From: a virus
DNA length: 64,000 nt
Strand: one strand, 5' to 3'
Virus record (IMG/VR): IMGVR_UViG_3300008266_000038
Coordinates: 6,371 to 70,370 of that record
The position numbers and the translations under genes were made by a program. Shown here piece after piece: positions 57,465-64,000 of this stretch. The notes under the pieces are model-generated. The model was given only the letters and a program-made list of their open reading frames with translations. It was not told where the DNA came from and did not search any database. The first letter of the stretch is position 1. Each line of letters starts with the position of its first letter.

Positions 57465-58245
57465 TTGCTGTATTATTTTTATAATTGTCTTCTAAAATTT
57501 TAACAAAGTTAGTCGGATTCATAATCCAATCAAAATTAGATACCCATCCATTTTTATTTTCCCCATTCAAAAAATTACTCTCTGAAACTTTTTGAAAAAC
57601 ATTACCTAGAGTTTCTAATGAAGTTTCTTTAATTCTTGCTGAAATCATTTTTTTTCTTTGTTCTGTAATTTTTTCAACTTTTGGTAATCTATTACAAACT
57701 GAATTAAAAACTGAAATTATTTCTTGAAAATTAATTTTTTCGATTTTGTCTTTTTTTACAATTTCATTTTTAATTTCAGCTTCATATTCAACTTCATTTT
57801 CATATTCAGAGTTTGCTTGAGTGTTTGCTTTTGTTTTTGCTGTAGCAAAATCTTTCAGTTTTTTAGCTGTTTTTTTACCGCCATTTGAACCTGCTGAAGC
57901 CCTTTTATCGCTAATAATTCCATCTTTATACATCCTCTTTTGAATCATTAAATCACCATCAATTTGAATCACATTTTCAGACAAAAGTTCTTCAATTCCA
58001 GAAACTATTGTAGGCAAATCATACGGCAAAAATTTAGCAACTTTGTAAGCAAAATTTAAAATTTGCTTATCATTTTGCTTGTCTTTTTGCTTCAGCAAAA
58101 TAGTCCCATAAGTTTCGGACTTATGCATTACACACATTAATCTTATGTAAATTCCTGTAGCAGAAGCAGAACATTCCATTAACTTTTCATCAGTTAAAAA
58201 ATCCTGAACATACAAAGGAATATAAGGTTGATTTCTTAAAGCCAT
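57385..58245 (-). CDS. replication initiator/replisome organiser
   Basis: PYIPLYVQDFL N-terminus, RASAGSNGG linker, C-terminal FLNGEN..GW..NFDWIM...KILEDNY; internal iterons. Confidence 0.75.
   Translation of the reverse strand: MALRNQPYIPLYVQDFLTDEKLMECSASATGIYIRLMCVMHKSETYGTILLKQKDKQNDKQILNFAYKVAKFLPYDLPTIVSGIEELLSENVIQIDGDLMIQKRMYKDGIISDKRASAGSNGGKKTAKKLKDFATAKTKANTQANSEYENEVEYEAEIKNEIVKKDKIEKINFQEIISVFNSVCNRLPKVEKITEQRKKMISARIKETSLETLGNVFQKVSESNFLNGENKNGWVSNFDWIMNPTNFVKILEDNYKNNTANGTSKSNEQIFRDAVQSEIAQHDYFK
57812..58100. repeat. iteron clusters (putative origin) inside initiator gene
   Basis: TTTGCT(T/G) at 57812/57824/57836 and 58062/58074/58086, 12-bp period, each followed by inverted AGCAAAA. 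Confidence 0.6.
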
Positions 58246-58248
58246 AAT

Positions 58249-58536
58249 TTAATTATTTAGCTTATTATAAAGCAAAACTGCTTTTTCTTTTTGTTCTTCT
58301 GGAAGCTTGTGGATTGCGTAAGAGTACGTATTTCCAAACTTATTACATCGTTTATCCATAACTCTATCTAAACTCAATCCATGAACTGTTTGAAGCTGTG
58401 AAACTCTAGTCCTGAATCCGCTTAAATATGGAAAATCAAATATAGATACGTGTCCTTGTAAAATTAAAGTAAGTAAAACTTCTTGCTCACTTGTTTTAGG
58501 AAAAGGAAATCCTTGAAATAAATTGTCGTTTTTCAT
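58249..58536 (-). CDS. winged-HTH-like protein
   Basis: EVLLTLILQGHVS...FRTRVSQL...YAIHKL. Confidence 0.55.
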   Translation of the reverse strand: MKNDNLFQGFPFPKTSEQEVLLTLILQGHVSIFDFPYLSGFRTRVSQLQTVHGLSLDRVMDKRCNKFGNTYSYAIHKLPEEQKEKAVLLYNKLNN

Positions 58537-58578
58537 GGTTTTTATTTTTAAATTTCTTACTAATTTTTAGAAAAAAAA

Positions 58579-58743
58579 TTACGTTAATTTTTCAATAAGA
58601 AAAATCTCAGAAGTTTTCCATTTGTGGTTTGCAATCCTGGAATACAAAGTAGGTTTTGAAATTCCTATTTTTTTTACCAATTCGTCATCGGTGTAATAGT
58701 TTCTTAATCTTTGTACTTTTGAAGTAGTTTCAAGTTTTGTCAT
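58579..58743 (-). CDS. Cro-like HTH protein
   Basis: TDDELVKKIGISKPTLYSRI; likely ATG at 58743. Confidence 0.7.
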   Translation of the reverse strand: MTKLETTSKVQRLRNYYTDDELVKKIGISKPTLYSRIANHKWKTSEIFLIEKLT

Positions 58744-58780
58744 ATTATATAAAATTAAATTCTTTACTAAAATTTTGAAT

Positions 58781-58810
58781 AAAAAACTGCCTGAATAAAC
58801 AAGCAGTTTT
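58781..58810 (-). terminator. intrinsic terminator/attenuator
   Basis: minus strand AAAACTGCTTG-TTTATT-CAGGCAGTTTTTT. Confidence 0.65.
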
Positions 58811-58909
58811 AAACTTTCCCAAATTTTCAATTAACCTTGTCGGTGTTTTGTTATACCAAAAGTAGTGAAAAGTTTTGAATAAAAAAATATTTACTAAATA
58901 AATTTTATA

Positions 58910-59317
58910 CTAAAATGGTAGTGGGTCATCCGATTCATCATCATTTCCACTACTACTCGGATGAAATGGTTGTTCGTTTACAGGTGGAATAGTAGGTGCT
59001 GTACTTGGTGAACGTTGACCTTGTGGTTGAGGTGCTGAATTGGTATTTGGTAGTTGAATTTTCCAACATACAATAGTGTTGAAGTATTTGGTTTCTCCTT
59101 GAGGATTAACCCATTCACGACCTCTAATGTTAATGTGACATTCTACCTCTTGTCCTTCGGTGAAACTTTCAATAATATCTACTCTGTCGCCATGCAGTTC
59201 TAATTGAATAGTCTGTGCATATTGTTCGTTTGTTTCTATAACAAATTCTCTTTTTGAGAAAGTTGCTGAAACTTGTTGTATAGGTTTGATAACCTTAATG
59301 ATTCCGTTTAATTGCAT
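58910..59317 (-). CDS. DUF3127-family OB-fold ssDNA-binding protein
   Basis: FSKREFVIET..QY.Q...INIRGREW...KYFNTI.CWKI; acidic DDPLPF tail. Confidence 0.85.
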   Translation of the reverse strand: MQLNGIIKVIKPIQQVSATFSKREFVIETNEQYAQTIQLELHGDRVDIIESFTEGQEVECHINIRGREWVNPQGETKYFNTIVCWKIQLPNTNSAPQPQGQRSPSTAPTIPPVNEQPFHPSSSGNDDESDDPLPF

Positions 59318-59319
59318 AA

Positions 59320-59712
59320 TTATTCTTCTTTAAAAAGTTGTTTTAAGTTTACAGGTTGAAAACCTTGTGGTTTTAGAATTTTACCATTTGGATCACGAAG
59401 TACTTTTCCATCTGGACCTACTTTTGTCATATTATTCAAATGAACTAATTCAAAAGCAGGCTCGATTAAATCTTGCAATCCATTCGAATTTATGGTTCCA
59501 GCTAAAATATAGAGCATATCTACGCAAGCATCTAAAATTTCTACTTTGTCTTTGTTAATACAAGCGGTAAAATACTCTTTGTTTTCTTCTGCCATTAACT
59601 CGTATCTCAGATTTGCTTCTTTTACAGAAATTAAAGAAGGATTTTGATTTACAGTTTGGTCTGTTGCATTTTGAAATTCTGCAACTTGTTCTAAAATTTG
59701 ATGAAAGTACAT
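59320..59712 (-). CDS. MazG-like NTP pyrophosphohydrolase
   Basis: LRYELMAEENKEY...EILDACVDMLY...VHLNNMTK...GKILKP. Confidence 0.85.
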   Translation of the reverse strand: MYFHQILEQVAEFQNATDQTVNQNPSLISVKEANLRYELMAEENKEYFTACINKDKVEILDACVDMLYILAGTINSNGLQDLIEPAFELVHLNNMTKVGPDGKVLRDPNGKILKPQGFQPVNLKQLFKEE

Positions 59713-59714
59713 AG

Positions 59715-60599
59715 TTATTGTTGGTTTAATTTGATTTGTGAATAATACTCGATTGCCGGACCTAACTTTTCCAACATTTTTTGTTCAATTTCTTTGTCAC
59801 GAGAGATTTTGTAAATTTTAACCATTTCCTCTTTTTTGTAAGCCGGATTAGTTGAGTATTTCATATTTCTCTCGATTTGTTCATAGATAGGAATTAACTT
59901 TTCCTCAAGTAATTGAACATCTTCGTTGCTCATAGATGACGAAAAGTACTTGTAAAAAGTCTTTTTCTTTTCATTGTCTATTAAGTCTTGTGGAGTATCT
60001 GTAAGGCAATAACATAACCAAGCTTCATCTACATCATACAAAAACATATAGCAACGTAATTGGTATTCGTAAATAGAACTCATTTTAGCGTTTAGGAAAG
60101 TTTTTGGATTCCAACTTGCTTTAATATCGATAACTACTTTTTTACCATCTACTTCGCAAAATCCATCGGCTTCGCCAGTTAACCCTACTTCAATATCTGT
60201 TCCTTCTAACTGACCAATGATTTCGTTTTTACGCTCATCGTTTTTAAGAATGAAGTCGTTTAGGTAATCTGAAACTAACTCTAAGCCATCCTGTTCGTTC
60301 ATTAAACCTTTTGTTAAAAACTTATTGTTTAAGTCATCGTAAAAGCCTTTTTCATTTAACAACCAAATCTTTTCAACTTCTGATTTTGCTGTATCTGAAA
60401 GCTGTGGAGGTGCATCGCGTTTAGCTTTTAAATCAAGGTAAAAATCTTTTTGTTTTTCAGTCAATGGTTTTCCACCATTTCTGATTCTATCTTCAAACTC
60501 GTTTAAAGTTTCAAGTTGTTTTTCGGTAATGGAAGCCCCGCGACTTTCGGTCATGAGGTTTCCAAACGAACTAGCTCTAAAATATACTACTTGGCTCAT
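59715..60599 (-). CDS. PD-(D/E)XK exonuclease (YqaJ/RecE-like partner of RecT)
   Basis: FRASS, KG.MNE, TGEAD...IDIKAS, YQLRCYM. Confidence 0.8.
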   Translation of the reverse strand: MSQVVYFRASSFGNLMTESRGASITEKQLETLNEFEDRIRNGGKPLTEKQKDFYLDLKAKRDAPPQLSDTAKSEVEKIWLLNEKGFYDDLNNKFLTKGLMNEQDGLELVSDYLNDFILKNDERKNEIIGQLEGTDIEVGLTGEADGFCEVDGKKVVIDIKASWNPKTFLNAKMSSIYEYQLRCYMFLYDVDEAWLCYCLTDTPQDLIDNEKKKTFYKYFSSSMSNEDVQLLEEKLIPIYEQIERNMKYSTNPAYKKEEMVKIYKISRDKEIEQKMLEKLGPAIEYYSQIKLNQQ

Positions 60600-60602
60600 A
60601 AA

Positions 60603-61592
60603 TTACTTTTTAGTTAGTTCTTTTTTCTTAGCTTGAAACAAATCGTAAAGTTCTATGTCATCATCTTCAATTCCTGGAAGGCATTTATCTAATTCTTCAA
60701 TTGATTTAGATTTATCGATATGTTTGATAACTCTTTCTCTTTCCTTTGTACCATTTACTGCAGAAACATCGATAGTTACCTCTTCATGATCCACGTATTG
60801 AGTTTCAACATCAACTGATTCTTCATTTTGATTAGAAAACTTATCATTTTTAATAACTGCTTGGTCTGAGATTAAAGCTTTTTGAACAGAAGATGATAAT
60901 GGAGCGTCTTTTGATAAATGAAGTTTAATAACTGTTTTAGATGCCATTTTCGAAAATTGATCCTTCCATAATCCGGTTCCAAACTTTTTATAGGTTTGAG
61001 AATAAGTTTTAGCATGAAGCTCTACCTCTTCTTTAGTCATATAAAAAGTACTTTCAAAGCCATTCACTAATTTAAAGTAAGAAACAAAACCAATCACAGG
61101 CTTAGTAAGTCTTTCTTTATCATTTTGAATCCAATTAAATTTAATTTCACCAGTCATTCTATCTACCGTTTCAATCTCACCTTCTCTTACATCTGAGTCA
61201 TTCATTTTTAAGAATTGACCTGAACGCATTGCTAATTGCTTTAAACCTTTGGCTGATAATTGGAATTGAACCATTGTTTTGTAGCTTCCATCAGATTGTT
61301 TTGTGTTAAACGGAACCAAGAATGCATGACCTATACTTGGATTAATTGGTAAATCTAATGTTGCAGCCATTAAAGCAGCGGTGTAAAGAGAATTTTGGTC
61401 AGCATTAGCTAATTGACCATTTGAATTAACTACAGACAAGATTGAGGTAACAAAAGCCACTCCTTTGTCTTTATCCCCAAGAACTTCGGCAAATTTATTC
61501 TTAATACTATCTGTGTTTAAGAAATTGGAAATAGATTTAATTCCGGTAGCTGCCAATTGCTGATTTTGATTTGTTGTTTGTACTTGTGACAT
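60603..61592 (-). CDS. recT: RecT-family ssDNA annealing recombinase
   Basis: AATLDLPINPSIGHAFLVPF...QFQLSAKGLKQLAMRSG...HAKTYS...W..F..MA.KTVIK. Confidence 0.92.
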   Translation of the reverse strand: MSQVQTTNQNQQLAATGIKSISNFLNTDSIKNKFAEVLGDKDKGVAFVTSILSVVNSNGQLANADQNSLYTAALMAATLDLPINPSIGHAFLVPFNTKQSDGSYKTMVQFQLSAKGLKQLAMRSGQFLKMNDSDVREGEIETVDRMTGEIKFNWIQNDKERLTKPVIGFVSYFKLVNGFESTFYMTKEEVELHAKTYSQTYKKFGTGLWKDQFSKMASKTVIKLHLSKDAPLSSSVQKALISDQAVIKNDKFSNQNEESVDVETQYVDHEEVTIDVSAVNGTKERERVIKHIDKSKSIEELDKCLPGIEDDDIELYDLFQAKKKELTKK

Positions 61593-61597
61593 TTTAC

Positions 61598-61819
61598 TTA
61601 ATTTTTAAAATTGATTAGTGATTCGTTTGTGATTTTAGGTGTTTTACCTGAGTTGTCAACTTTTAGAGTTCCTTTTTCTATTAGTCGATATACTTTGTTT
61701 CGGCTACACTTTAAACTTTTAGCGACTTCTGTAATAGTGAGTAAATCTTTCACTACTTCGGTATCGCTTTGAATGATTAAAGTTTCACCAGGTTTTAGTT
61801 TTACAATTCTTTGTGACAT
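61598..61819 (-). CDS. excisionase-like HTH protein
   Basis: LLTITEVAKSLKCSRNKVYRLIEKGTL. Confidence 0.75.
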   Translation of the reverse strand: MSQRIVKLKPGETLIIQSDTEVVKDLLTITEVAKSLKCSRNKVYRLIEKGTLKVDNSGKTPKITNESLINFKN

Positions 61820-61822
61820 ATA

Positions 61823-63286
61823 TTACTTTTTAGTTGGTACATTGTAGTTTTCTGAAAGCCAATTGCAAAATTCTTCGGCATCATTAATAAATCGACAATC
61901 TTCGCTATTTGAGAACTTTTCTAAAATATCAGCCCAAGTTTCTTCTAAAACAAAACAATCGTCTTTAATTTCAGCAATTCTTCTTGTAACTAATTTACCT
62001 GTTATTGTTTCAACAGTTGAACTATTGAAAATTTTAACTTCACCCTCTTTATAAGGAAGACCTGTAGCTGTATCTATAAGAACACCATTACCATCTTCAA
62101 TTAATCTACCTTGTTCTACGTAAGATTCCTCACTTGTAGAATACCCATCCGCTTTGATTGGTTCTTCTTTTTTATCACGAAGTTTAATTTGAGTTTTAAC
62201 CCACTCCAAATGTTGACTCCATATTTCATCACTAGAAGTTTCAGCAAGATTTTTGTTGTTAGCCCATTGCCCTTTACCTAATTCATCAAAAATAACATCT
62301 TCTTCAATCCCTAAATCAGTCAATTGCTTTATTCTTGACTCAGTTCTTAATTTTATTTGTTTAGCTTCAAACTCAGCCTTTTCTTTCAAGAAGTTTTCAC
62401 GCTCGATTCTTTGCTCTTCAGCTTCTTTTAACTGTAAAACTTTTGCTAATAAAAGTTCTTGAATCTGATTTCTTTTTTCAGCGTATTCTGATTGTAATTC
62501 TTGACAATCTAAAGCAGTTTGTGTTTCAAATTCATTCTGAGTAACAGAAATATTTCTGAACTCTAAATTATTGATTACATACAACCAATTTTTTTCCCAA
62601 GAGTCAATTTTAGTTTTGATTGCATTAACACGATTCTGTTCTGCTTGAATTTGAGCCAATCTTTTACGCTCTAAGCGAAGTTCTTCTTCAGCTGTAAGTA
62701 ATATTATTGTTGAATCTAATTTAGCCCTCAAATCGCTTACTTTATCAGTAAATAAAATCTCAAACTCCTCTAATTCTTTAACATCAACAACATCAACACT
62801 TTCTTTAAAAGTTTTTTTACACTCTTCAATATTTTCATACTTCATTAAAGAAAAAGCTTGCTCCCAAACATCTCCAAATTCTTTTATTTTAGCTTTAATA
62901 CCTTCAACACGTTTTTGTTCTAAAAGCAATTTCTCTTGACGTTCTTTCTCTTTAATTTCTTCCCAACGTGAAACCTCATCTTGTTGTTTGTTTTCAATAG
63001 GAAGTACGGTATCGATTAATTCATCGTAAGCGGTTTTTACCGGAACTAAAATATGATCCTTAATCTTTTTCTCAACCGCTTTCTGTTCTTTTTGTAAATC
63101 AGTACGCAATGTTCTTGCCCCTGTTCGACTTTTTTTAGCTTCTTCATAAGTAGAGTTGTCTTTTATTTCAACGTACTTGAATTGCTCTAATTTTGCAGAA
63201 ACTTCTTGTTTTTTATTTTGAAGCTCTGGAAGTTGTTGAATATTAAATTCATCCAATTTGATTAAATTTTGTTCTTGCTTTGCCAT
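61823..63286 (-). CDS. long coiled-coil protein (DUF1351-like N-terminus)
   Basis: YEEAKKSRT..RTLRTDL pattern; helical repeats; upstream of RecT. Confidence 0.5.
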   Translation of the reverse strand: MAKQEQNLIKLDEFNIQQLPELQNKKQEVSAKLEQFKYVEIKDNSTYEEAKKSRTGARTLRTDLQKEQKAVEKKIKDHILVPVKTAYDELIDTVLPIENKQQDEVSRWEEIKEKERQEKLLLEQKRVEGIKAKIKEFGDVWEQAFSLMKYENIEECKKTFKESVDVVDVKELEEFEILFTDKVSDLRAKLDSTIILLTAEEELRLERKRLAQIQAEQNRVNAIKTKIDSWEKNWLYVINNLEFRNISVTQNEFETQTALDCQELQSEYAEKRNQIQELLLAKVLQLKEAEEQRIERENFLKEKAEFEAKQIKLRTESRIKQLTDLGIEEDVIFDELGKGQWANNKNLAETSSDEIWSQHLEWVKTQIKLRDKKEEPIKADGYSTSEESYVEQGRLIEDGNGVLIDTATGLPYKEGEVKIFNSSTVETITGKLVTRRIAEIKDDCFVLEETWADILEKFSNSEDCRFINDAEEFCNWLSENYNVPTKK

Positions 63287-63310
63287 TTTATTTGATTTTA
63301 AATTTTATTT

Positions 63311-63532
63311 TTATATAAGTTCTATTTCTGTGTCAAAGTCATATCCGTTTTCTTTATCTATCCAACAGCAATGTGATTGATGTCCTTTTATATTCCCTTC
63401 CCATTTTACAATAAGACCGTCACCATGTGCATTAATTTTTACATACACATCTTTTATAGTATCGTTATCTTCCATAAAGTGAAATCTTGCACCTATTGGA
63501 GCGTCTTTGAATTTCATTATTACATTTTCCAT
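63311..63532 (-). CDS. hypothetical protein
   Basis: First ORF after leftward promoter. Confidence 0.65.
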   Translation of the reverse strand: MENVIMKFKDAPIGARFHFMEDNDTIKDVYVKINAHGDGLIVKWEGNIKGHQSHCCWIDKENGYDFDTEIELI

Positions 63533-63566
63533 AGCAATAAAATTAGATTAATAATTGATTATAGTA

Positions 63567-63598
63567 CAAATGTAACAAACGGAACAATACGAAACAAA
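63567..63598 (-). promoter_or_regulatory. promoter of leftward recombination/replication arm
   Basis: TTTG-N20-TACATTTG on minus strand. Confidence 0.7.
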
Positions 63599-63742
63599 TT
63601 TATTTGTAAAAATGTTCAAAAAAGTGTCGGAGTAAAAAATAAACAAAAATTTAACAAATACCGAAAAAATAGTATTTTAGCGGTTTCACGAGTTAATCTT
63701 GGTAGGATTAAGAAACGGAACAAAAAATAATTTAAAAAAATG

Positions 63743-63773
63743 TTGCGTTGTATTGTTTTTATTTTTAAGTTTG
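63743..63773 (+). promoter_or_regulatory. rightward promoter (Pc-like position)
   Basis: TTG(63743)-N20-TAAGTTTG(63766-63773). Confidence 0.65.
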
Positions 63774-63790
63774 TACTCGATGTTATATGA

Positions 63791-63921
63791 AAATAACGTT
63801 CTGTGGCTTTGTCTTGTTGCCAAAAAATAAGACCTAATATTTAATAAACACAATGAATACAAATACAAAACAAACTGAAAATTTAGCCGAATGTGGCGAT
63901 AAGTCAAAACCACTGTTAGAT
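63791..63921 (+). repeat. attC-like imperfect inverted repeat
   Basis: Left arm TAACGTTCTGTGGCTTTGTCTTGTTGCC vs reverse complement of right arm TAACAGTGGTTTTGACTTATCGCC; ends in GTTAGAT (GTTRRRY). Confidence 0.6.
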
Positions 63922-64000
63922 GAAGTTTCTTTCAGCGTTGGAACTTACTCAATTATAAATGATAATACGCCTAAATATTGCCATTGGAGTGAAGGATTAA
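63853..64000 (+). CDS. ORF starting inside the attC-like loop (partial, runs off window)
   Basis: MNTNTKQTENLAECGDKSKPLLDEVSFSVGTYSIINDNTPKYCHWSEGL..., open to the edge. Confidence 0.55.
   Translation, partial: MNTNTKQTENLAECGDKSKPLLDEVSFSVGTYSIINDNTPKYCHWSEGL

Larger units (their letters stand above)
1..64000. mobile_element. Bacteroidota (Flavobacterium-like) tailed phage genome segment with podovirus-type virion genes
   Basis: Terminase, portal, capsid, lysis and RecT/RusA modules; no host housekeeping genes; repeated TAnnTTTG promoters. Confidence 0.93.

Noticed and set aside
61598-61819. Xis-like gene as proof of an integrated prophage
   Set aside because: No integrase, attachment site or host flank in the window; HTH_17-type proteins are often plain regulators
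952-63913. Many short ORFs in the track antisense to or overlapping long genes (e.g. 952, 1580, 4286, 8404, 9157, 13013, 32111, 48574, 51657, 62253, 63377, 63686)
   Set aside because: Shadow ORFs with F/S/L-rich composition, overlapping well-supported genes or promoters
1-64000. Stop-codon reassignment (alternative genetic code)
   Set aside because: Genes are intact and densely packed under code 11, and TAA, TAG and TGA all serve as stops

Overview
The whole window is an AT-rich tailed-phage genome segment in the standard genetic code, with a probable Bacteroidota (Flavobacterium-like) host: many promoters match TTG-N~20-TAnnTTTG, and starts are A-rich without Shine-Dalgarno motifs. Layout from left to right: leftward early operon of small ORFs (1-4521); 1.4 kb non-coding control region; rightward middle genes including a C5 DNA methyltransferase and HU; leftward groEL-groES; tail and receptor-binding genes with two SGNH hydrolases; lysis cassette; terminase, portal, scaffold, major capsid, podovirus-type tail and ejection proteins including a 2.7 kaa protein; and a leftward lambdoid-style replication/recombination arm (RusA, initiator with iterons, SSB-like DUF3127, MazG-like, exonuclease, RecT). 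Most notable signals: (1) a promoter, a GTT site and an attC-like hairpin with an ORF starting in its loop at the right edge, possibly the start of an integron-like cassette array; (2) two tRNA-like acceptor/T-arm mini-structures with a shared 22-nt flank in the early operon; (3) GNAT domains and evenly spaced +1-frame nested micro-ORFs in the giant virion protein; (4) an apparent TerS-TerL fusion; (5) candidate sRNAs, a kissing-loop leader and several operator arrays. Family assignments come from reading motifs by eye. No database searches were run.
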